NCBI RefSeq assembly: GCF_964204645.1
Contig: NC_134031.1
Location: 6,200,001 to 6,264,000, forward strand
DNA length: 64,000 bases
From: Tubulanus polymorphus
Taxonomy: Eukaryota; Animalia; Nemertea
Direction of reading: 5' to 3'
Under the pieces are notes generated by a model, which saw only the letters and a list, made by a program, of their open reading frames with translations, did no database searches and was not told the DNA's origin. Every line of letters starts with the position of its first letter. The stretch's first letter is position 1. Both the position numbers and the translations under genes were made by a program. Below, piece by piece: positions 54,790-64,000 of this stretch.

Positions 54790-56547
54790 AATAAAGAAGT
54801 TTCCAGTTTCTAGGCGCCATTTTGTGGCGGTCCCTCGAGGTCCCTATTGTTGCGATAATTTGCGCTCAATTATAAAACATAAGTTTAGATTGAATATCAT
54901 ATAGTTCTGCAGTCCCTTGTTTGACGAAATCAATTTATAAACCATTTTAAAGGAAATGAAATGCAGATATTTGCTGGCGATTCTTGGAATTTTTGAACGC
55001 AACAATTGAGAACAGTGACGATGTAAAACCAAGGACCGCATATCTTAACCGTGCGTAAAAGAAATCGCAATATTTATTAATTTTAAAATATCTAAGTATC
55101 TCTTCAAGCTATATTTCCTGTTTTCACAGAGGTTAAAGAGGGTTATTTGCAGTTTAAGCCTGCGTTGAATTTTTTAAAATATCTTTCCTGACGACTGATC
55201 TGTACCCGCTTGAGTTTGAGATTACGCGCAAAAGGGGTCTCCCACTGCGCACCGCCATTTCACTGAACATTGAGATTTGTGAAAAGAAATCGCAAAAATA
55301 AGATTTTATACTGGTTTGTAATTATCAATATTGCTTCTGATGGTTATATATTACCTTTATTTTCGTATGGTTGAAAATGGACTTTGAGTGTTTTGATGAA
55401 TTCGAGTTTTGTAGCGTTGGGAAATTAAAGGATTTCTTGTAAGAGTGGGGACTTTCTGTGTTGGTTGCAAATGTGGCCTAGTTGAGAACCTAATTTGCGT
55501 TTCAACCGAATGTACCACTCATGGTTGGACACTAGAAAAAAAATCTAAGTTTTTATATATTTTTGAATATGCGGCGCAGCTGAAAGTTGCCAAACTGGAC
55601 GTTGACCCCCTAAAACAGAATATCAAATGGGGACAGACATGAACCCCTTTAAATATTATATTGGAATTTTATATCAGTAAGGTTTTCTGGTCGATGTTTT
55701 CCAGCAAGAAGGTTGAGATTCATTAAATTCATCGTATGATCGTAGAATGAGAGATTACCAGAGAGAGATATATGTTAAATATGTCCTAAGCGTTTAAATT
55801 GACTGGCACATTTCACCATCGACTCTAAAACGTTTGATTTCACCGAACACAAAATCGGCGCTAGGCTGGACGGGCTGTATACGACAATTCCTCAACTGGG
55901 CCGTTCACACTTCAATAGCGGGACAAACCGGATCCCGAAACCAGATTAACGAATTGCCCCCGCCAAAATACGGTACAAAGAAGATATGGATTATCATCTC
56001 AAAATATCCCCATGGAAAATGTGAAGAAATCAAATTGCATTTAAAAATTTCTTGTCGCAAATCTCAATGTTCAGTGAAATTGCAATGCGCAGTATGAGAC
56101 CCCTTTTGCGCGTAATCTCAAACTCAAGCGGGTACAGATCAGTCGTCAGGTAAGATATTCAAAAGATTTTAACGCAGGCTTAAACTGCAAATAACCCTCT
56201 TTAACCTCTGTGAAAATAGGAAATATAGCTTGAAGAGATACTTAGATATTTTAAAATTAATAAATATTGCGATTTCTTTTACGCACGGTCTAGATATGCG
56301 GTCCTTGGTTTCACATCGTCACTGTTCTCAATTGTTGCGTTCAAAAATTCCAAGAATCGCCAGCAAATATCTGCATTTCATTTCCTTTAAAATGGTGTGT
56401 AAATTGATTTCGTCGAGCAAGGGACTGCAGAACTATATGATATTCAATCTAAACTTATGTTTTAAAAATGAGCGCAAATTATCGCAACAATGGGGACCTT
56501 GCGGGACCGCCACAAAATGGCGCCTAGAAACTGGAAACTTCTTTATT
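54790..56547. mobile_element. 1.76-kb non-autonomous DNA transposon with about 500-bp terminal inverted repeats
   Basis: 54790-about 55290 matches the reverse complement of about 56047-56547 (AATAAAGAAGTTTCCAGTTTCTAGGCGCCATTTTGTGGCGGTCCC). Confidence 0.9.
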
Positions 56548-57259
56548 ATGATCAAATAAATAGTACATATTATATGATAATCCGAATATTTTCACATTAG
56601 ACACTTTTGACCCATCGACATCCTTTAGGCATAATATTCGCCATCACGTGACTTCGATAAAAGCATATTCGCGACGGCTATTCTAACGCGCAATCTGCGC
56701 AGCACCGAACGTAGACATGTCCACTGACCGACCTGAACCTAAAACAATAGGTTTCATCCATGAACATGTTCAGTTGGGCTCACCCCTTGTAGCATTAACA
56801 GCCTATTCCGCCTCAACTTCAACAGATTTGAACATGAACCCCTTGTCCACACAAAACGACAAAAGCATCTGACATCATTGAGTGCTTGCAATATGTGCAT
56901 TAACTTATATACCATGATCATGTTCTTGAAACAATAACGCGTGTTTGGTGCAATGAATCGAAACAGTGATTGTAAATACATTTTCGAATGATAGTACATT
57001 GTAGGATACATATTCAGAATATAGCTATTATTGAATCGTGTTAAGGCAGGGATTATGTATATATCTTACGTTAGATGGTTATTAGATTCGACAAACAACT
57101 TTTTAATTCTTTTTCTTATCATATATAGTAATGTTTTCGTTGTGATATTTAACTTCTATTCTCATGAAAATAATATATATCGATATTATTAATCCCGGTG
57201 GTGATATATATACACGTCCTTGTTTCATTCTAAGGTATCTACCATCATTTGTAGTTGGT

Positions 57260-60200
57260 TTAAAACATGCCAAAAACAAGGACGACAATCAACATCGGTG
57301 TTATATTCAAAACTGCGATGCTAGTTCGAAAAGCTGATGCTGTCATTTCGCAGTGCGGCTTATCGTATTGTTCATACTCCGAAAATATCTCCGGGCGGGC
57401 GACCATTTTCCTGCGGTCCTGAAATCAAGTATTCCAATTACTGCGCATTACAAAACATCAGATAGTTCCATAATTTTTCATTACAAAATATGTAAAAATA
57501 TCTAGTTAGAAATATACATGATGCACGAAGTATATATGGAGTACTCACGGCATATTGATGCATGTCATCCGCGTAGCATAAATGTGAAATATTCACTTTG
57601 TTTATGGTTTCCTGGTATTGGCGCATCTGTGAATCTGTTGCATCGTTCGGAATTTCGCTGTAAAAATTTCATGATTATTTTCATAATTGCGTTGGGTGAA
57701 AAGCACATGGATGTTCTAGATACCTACTTTGGGGCCATTTTTGCTCGATTTATTGTACATTTATGTTTTATCTCATTGTATGCGAATATTATGAAGATAT
57801 AAAACATCGAGGAGAAAATCAGGGGTACGGATTGGTAAAATACCATCAAAACGTGTTGAAATCGAAATCTATTTTCATTGAAATGTTACATTATTGGCAT
57901 CCTCGCTTGCCAGGGTTTGATCGCCGCCCGCTGGAGCACACGCTTATACAAACCCGGGCCGCAAACCCTTCATTGCTCTATTACATCGCCCAGAATTTCT
58001 CGGGCAGATAGGCTAATGCTCAGCACCCGCCAGTCTATGTCTAGCCAATCCGATGCGTGGTATTTACAGAACAAACGTCGTGCTGGTAAAAAGGCACCTG
58101 ATTGGTTAGATATATAGACTGGTGGACGCTGAGCGGGAACCTGTCCGCCCAAGAAATTATGGGCGATGTTCTGTAGCTTGGAGTAATCAATCAAATGATT
58201 ACTCCAAGGTAATAGAGCAATGAAGGGTTTGTATTGGCGCGAGCTTCAGCGGGCGGCAAATAAAACCTGAAAAGCAAGGTTGCATTAATGGACGATATTA
58301 CTAATACATGTATAAGTTGACGAAGAAAAATGTAACAGGATAATAAAGGAGGATTGAAACAATTGATATTTTTATGTTTTTACTAAGATCGTCCATTTAT
58401 GACATTTTTCCAATCAACTAGCCTCCTTTCGTGTGGCAGTCGTTTTTTTCTCTATTTGATTGCTCATTGGCTTTTGTATAAATTCACCAATGGCCATTGG
58501 ATATTCAATTTGTCTGATTTTCAAGCGATTCCGAAATTGGCATCGTATTATTGAATGCTACGTAGTTCGCTTTTCATTCTTAAGAATTAGACGGAACTCC
58601 AAAAGAATAATCACAAATTCACCAACTCATTCGTGATGCGAAGCAAGGTATCCCTGGGAATTATTTGTACACTGTGATACTTAAGATAAGATAAAAACCC
58701 ACTATTTACAAATTAAAAGAATTCTAAAATCGAGAATTTATTTATTGAAACAATCTAGAATATTAGAACACGACGTTTCGATCTCACCCTAAAGATCATC
58801 GTATGATACTTACTTCTTTCGTCCGGGCCATGTTTGTGCTATTGCTTCAGATGTATTGGGATGTGTTGAGCACATGGCCAACGGGATTCGTGGATAGTAG
58901 TAGAAAAACACGTAACACATTTCTTCGCGTGTAGACTCACCTCCCTGTGTGGATTTTTTCATTACTCATTATTTTCATGTTTAGAAAATCTGACCCTCGT
59001 TTGCCAGGGTTTGATTGCCTCCCACCAAAGCTCTCGCCAACAAGTTTCTTTGGTGGACAGGTCTATGTATCAAGCCAATCAGATGCGTGATATTGATGGA
59101 GCAAATCTGCTGGTGAAAAACAACGCATCCGATTGGCTTAATGCATAGACTAGTGGCCGCTGAGTAGCAACCTGTCCGCCTTAGTAATCTTGGGCGGTGT
59201 ATTGGACTAATGACTCGGGTCTGCAGCCAGAGTTTGTGTTGGAGTGAGCTTCAGCGGAAGGCAATCAAACCCTGGCAAGCGAGGATGGAATAACTATGGA
59301 CTTCAAGTTAAATGGCATAACACGGATGACATGCCGGATCTATTCCTCGAAACCCGCGGACGATATGTCACTTACCCGACTCATGTCAGTCCTATCCATT
59401 GTATTGTAGGTGCATTCTACCAGCAAAGAGTCTCCCTGAAACAGTAAATTTAGATCAATCTTAATTTGCATAATCCGGATATAATATTTATCTTGTATAC
59501 CTGAGTGAGCTACCAGATCTCGGCGTCTACTAAGTATACAGGGTCTAATTATGCTGCTACGTACCTGTTTTATGGTTACCTTTGATGGCAGCCATCTCCA
59601 GGTTTGGTAGTCAAAATCGTACGACATATCCTCAACAATTGGTTTCAGCTCTTTACCGTTACGGAAATGACGTAGGCGAACCGCCCTGCCCAATAAGTGT
59701 GCGTGTGAGACGACGGTTATCACATGGATTTCAGTAACATTACTACGCTGAAGCGCCTGTAAAGGTTTGCATTCTTTAGCATCATCTCTTTTGTAATTTT
59801 CAATACAAGAAAATCCGTATGCGATCATAAAGATCAACTGTAATAGTACAATCCATTCCACCTGAAGATGGCCATTTGTCAACAGCCGAAACGTCGTGGG
59901 TTCAAACTGATAAATTCTATCGAATTGTGGGATTTCTTCATTTATTTTAGTACATACAATCCATGCATAATGGCAGCGAGGTGATGGCTAATATCGGACG
60001 ATAGAATCAACCAACACGCAGGGCGTCCCTTACTAGAACTTCCCCCCAGAAATAACGGATCCGCTCGTGCCCTCTTAAAAAACTTTTCTGTATTGAAATT
60101 TCGTCATTTGGGGCAGGCAATCAATTTTTCAGACACCGAACAGGGCTTCTGTGTTGGAGCCGATAGAATGAGTCGTTATATCGGAGTTCAACCCTTCAAG

Positions 60201-63200
60201 GTAACTGCCTTTTCCCCCCAGCAGTCAAATGCGTGGCATAGTCCTAACATGCCCCTTTGTGTCCCTAAGAGTTTAGTCTTTGTTGTATGTATGCCTCCGT
60301 GAGTTGCATCTATCGTATTATATTCAGCATCTACCTTATCTATACAATTCGAGGGGCACCATCCTTCTAACTCGAATTTCTGTTGTTTCGGAGGAATGAT
60401 CATAGCATCTTTTTGCCAGAATGTTATACCAGGGTACATGACACCAACATCGTGTGTTCTCATCTCACTTGTATAATGCACCCGCATACCGGAACTGTCT
60501 TTTACACCTACGTACATATATCGGAAGAAAGATTTCATTCGAATATCAAATCGATGAGATTTATATCTAGAATGTTGTTTCATTTTGATTATAATTTCCA
60601 CTTGTCCCTTTCGAGCCGAAATAGCACTCTCGACCACAGTTACGCATCAGAATAATTGCAACGCGATCAAAAATGATGGGTCAGTGGTGGTGGCGGTGAT
60701 GATGGTGTAGATGATAGATGATGATGACGATGGTGGTGATGATATTGGCCAACTGATCAAGAGGAGAAACGGAAAATGATCTTACACCGCGAAACTCGGT
60801 GCGATAGAAAGGTTCAAGGACGTCTGGTTAGTGTTGCAGGGTATAAACACTATATACGTACCGGACAGTTTATCGGGATTGTCGTAGTGAATTTGTAAAA
60901 GGTAGTATCTCGTTTCATCTGGGCCGCCAATTGGTAATCCTATGTGGTCTGGCATGATTATAGTCTGTCGGCAAAAAAGAAAATAAGTTTCGAGGTGATA
61001 AAACGCAGGAAAATCAAAAATTCTTAGTCCCACAAAAAACCCGCAAAGTTAAGATATCCGCTTCCTAAAATGCATTTGAAATCCGAATTTTCGATTTTTC
61101 AATTACTATTAACGAATGATTTTGCTTATGAGACTTAATTCTTGATTCGTGACAAATTGTGAGGTTCTACCTCATCGTAGCTGGGGCAATCTTTATTATC
61201 ACAGAGAAAATTGACAGTTCATATGATATGATTATGATAAAAACAATTTCTTACTTCGCCTCCGACTGCGAAACCTGCAACTACAGTCAAACATCTGCCG
61301 ATGTACCTTCTCATTTCCTGGCCGTAACAATGTCCATGCCTTCCGACTACGGAACTATAGTCAGCTTTTGGACACGAGTAGAGGAGCATGTGATGAACCA
61401 TACGTTCGTTACCTGGCTGCACAACGTGGTCAATCTGAAAAAATCATATACATTTTATGCTAACGAAACTGGTTTCAATGTGGCGTTAGCCAAGTAGGTG
61501 TGGTGGGCCTGTAAGAGACACCAATCAAATCAAAACATATCGAACAGAATCTACTAATTAGATACATAACAGGTTCAATTCCTACGTTGGTCCGAAAAAG
61601 TGTAAACTGAAGAAGTGTAAACTTCAGTTTACACTTCTATGGTTGGTCAATCCCCAAGATTAAAACTACCAGTTTTTAACCAAACTGCTACTAACGACGT
61701 GGCGTTAAAACAAAAAGTTCAAAATGCTAAAACGAAATTGGAGGAGATGAGTGTCATATAATTTTGTTTTTCTTATGTGGCCCGAATCAGCCACCGTTAC
61801 CGTCGATATACGGAACTTACCGCGACAGCGTGGTGTTTGGTTGGGAGATCGATCTCAAACATAGCGCAATAGTACGTCGTGTCAAGACTCGGAATTGTAT
61901 ACTAACGTAAAAATATAAAGTTAGATCGATAAGAAAATTTTCCAGTAATACTTATCGCCGTAAAATTTGAATTATATAATGCTTAACCGTTTGCTGTGAG
62001 GAATATTTTCAAATATACTTAGCACGGTTGTATTGGAAATGTATTGCAATTGAATTGTTGTGTAGTCGGAATTATGTTATGCAAACGGGTTTTATAATTC
62101 AACAGACGTTTTTGTAAACAAGATCCAGCGTTTTCATGTCTGGAGGAACTTTCGTCAGTTTAGGCTTGTCGAGCAGGTACAGCGTCTTCGTTCCGCGGGT
62201 GTGGCCGTGGTAATGTACTTTGGTCTCGTCGGAGGGATCGGTATCCGAGTAAGAATACACGATTCGCATAGCACTTTCCTGTGAAGAGATACGTAGATTT
62301 TTATGATCGGTTTTTTTTACTTGTGAAAGTGGAGAAAGATATAAATCCACTCTATCAATGCGCATGCTAGATCTTTTCTGGTATCGGGCAGAAATCGTTT
62401 AAGATTTTTTATCCCATCGAATTTAAAATCCTTTATACTACATCACTCACCTGTATTTCGATGTCGTTTTCCTTATCGCATGTGTCGAGATTTCGTCTGA
62501 AAACGAGTGTCGTTTTACCATCCGTTTCAGCACCCCGCAACAAATGCCAATCTTGCGATGTATCTATGATTGGCATGCCAATGCTAGTCGGGGCGTATCG
62601 ATCCTAAATTCGGGAGGCAAAATATTATAGAAACTTTCCGTTCAGAAATTGATATTGAAATTGAAATTGATAGCTTGATATCGTGTCCGTCGAAAAATAC
62701 GTTTAAGATATCTATACCCAATGTTCACCCATATCAAACTTACAACTTATGCAGCTATCAACCTGCACACACTTTGTACACACAACCCCAGGCTGCAACC
62801 CCCCTCAGACTTTCGACTGACATTCACCATTTTTGCGAAACATGTTCGTTCGGGCGTTTTTACCCCCTGCGGCGGCAGTACCCCGGACCTTTTTCTTCGA
62901 AAATGAATTAGGATGTCATGTCTGAACCATCAAATTTAAACAGACATTCACCATTTGTGAAAAAATGCGTTCGTCCAGACTTCACCGTTCAAAAGGTGAT
63001 TGCCTTGTTTATGCAATTGAGATTTCTTATGAGACATAACTTGATTTATATTTCCCCCGATGATGACTCTTTGTGGAGATTCGAAAAATTTTAGAGCATA
63101 AACTAAATGCGTGCACAATTTTGGGTTACCAGCTATCGTATTATTCGTTTATGTTTTTTTTTTAGATCATTTAGCCAACTATTTTCCGAATATTTTAGAA

Positions 63201-63900
63201 TCTATGTTCAACTATCATCATCATGCTATCGTATTTAATGAGCGGAAAAAAATCACGAAAAGGTGCACGTTTGTTGAGCGGTGTTAGTGGTTAGAGGGAT
63301 CGACTCTGAGAATCCAGGTTTTGTGTGTTCGAACCCTGTATATGACGGTAGTGCCCCGGGCAAGAGACTTATCCACATCGCCTCTTTCCACCCAGGAGTA
63401 AGTGGGTACCTGGTCTGCCTCCTGGGCGCCTAGTATAGCTGCTCGCACGTAACTTCTCCCCGGGTAGAGATGACTGTTACATGGTAAGAGTTATAGGCTG
63501 GGGGGTAATAATACCGATTTAATGCAAAGCGCTGTTAAACATTGTATCGGTGGAAAGGTCTCAAAAGAAATTTAATTACTACGTCTATATCGCTAGATTT
63601 ACGTACGTGAAACATAGGTGTTCCATCCTTGGTCACCCACCCGATCACCATATCTGAGCCTTTCATTGATCCGGTCGGAGACAAACCGAAACCGACGTAG
63701 CCAGTAGTCTCCACCGTCACCTTAAACGTGAGGAATCTCTTCCGGGGTTCGTCGGACTGGTCGTAGCGCCATTCTAACGAGTACTTCTTCGCGTCGCCAT
63801 CGAGAAACACTTTGTTGGGAAAGATTATCTGGCAATTTGCATCTTGGAAAAACGCCAGGGCTATCGCCAATGATATCGCGGATATAAGCAGGCTCCTCAT
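57260..63900 (-). CDS. MOXD1: DBH-like monooxygenase (DOMON + copper type II monooxygenase domains), 12 exons, about 601 aa
   Basis: Exons 63900-63607, 62603-62451, 62278-62108, 61901-61821, 61434-61255, 60964-60862, 60507-60335, 59756-59565, 59435-59376, 58944-58814, 57657-57549, 57418-57260; 1806 nt in frame. Signal peptide, GYVGFGLSPTGSMKGSDMVIGWV, VHHMLLY, QIHYDNP, DSSG, SHAHLLG, YDFDYQ, CTYNT, GGESTREEMC, hydrophobic C-terminus. Strict orthology among MOXD paralogues not established. Confidence 0.92.
57898..58282. mobile_element. Fold-back MITE family B (TIR CATCCTCGCTTGCCAGGGTTTGAT)
   Basis: Long imperfect inverted arms with AGCCAATC/GATTGG motifs; second copy 58992-59286. Confidence 0.7.
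58684..58803 (-). mobile_element. Penelope-type pseudo-LTR fragment with truncated hammerhead
   Basis: 9-bp TSD TGATACTTA (58675-58683, 58804-58812); minus strand ACGATGATCTTTAGGGTGAGATCGAAACGTCG lacking the CTG of the core. Confidence 0.65.
58992..59286. mobile_element. Fold-back MITE family B, second copy
   Basis: CCCTCGTTTGCCAGGGTTTGATTGCC ... GGCAATCAAACCCTGGCAAGCGAGG. Confidence 0.75.
59858..59899 (+). ncRNA. Minimal hammerhead ribozyme (Penelope-type), antisense to MOXD1 intron
   Basis: CCAC-CTGAAGA-T-GGC-loop-GCC-GAAAC-GTC-GTGG, followed by GTGGGATTTCT as in the 31196 element. Confidence 0.75.
63272..63535 (+). mobile_element. tRNA-derived CORE-like SINE, second copy
   Basis: Colinear with 27121-27441 (GTTCGAACCC, CCCCGGGCAAGA, CACCCAGGAGTAA, GAGATGACTG, GGGGTAATAATACC). 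Confidence 0.8.
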
Positions 63901-64000
63901 TTTGCGTTAATCTGAATATTTAAAATCATCGTTAACTGTGTATGTTCCAACAAGATGTTTTCGTTCCAGTCAGAATTTTAATCAACTATAGTAAAACCTA

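Noticed and set aside
54844-56559. Near-identical ORFs MRSLV...SQQ on opposite strands as a gene pair
   Set aside because: By-products of the 500-bp terminal inverted repeats.

Overview
AT-rich, intron-containing invertebrate genomic DNA (repeat spectrum suggests a lophotrochozoan; not provable here). Conserved genes: the 3' part of a cationic amino acid transporter (SLC7A/CAT, +, 3819-10448), a complete 22-exon SKI2/SKIV2L RNA helicase (+, 16659-32073, about 1224 aa), two tandem single-exon class A GPCRs (+, 40999-41949 and 44720-45673) and a complete 12-exon DBH-like monooxygenase (MOXD1-like, -, 63900-57260, about 601 aa). Mobile DNA: an intact Ty3/Gypsy RT-RNaseH-IN frame with no gag or protease upstream, a Penelope-like element with an inverted arm and two hammerhead ribozymes, several miniature hammerhead-bearing fold-back insertions, LINE fragments, CORE-type SINEs and many MITEs. 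Best novelty candidate: an orphan gene invisible to the ORF track (-, 53057-47920), built from a chain of 15-16 short internal exons (18-114 nt) that are all multiples of 3 and all phase 1, encoding a single-pass membrane protein, an architecture like schistosome micro-exon genes. All exon models were read by eye from splice signals and frame continuity and need RNA-seq confirmation.
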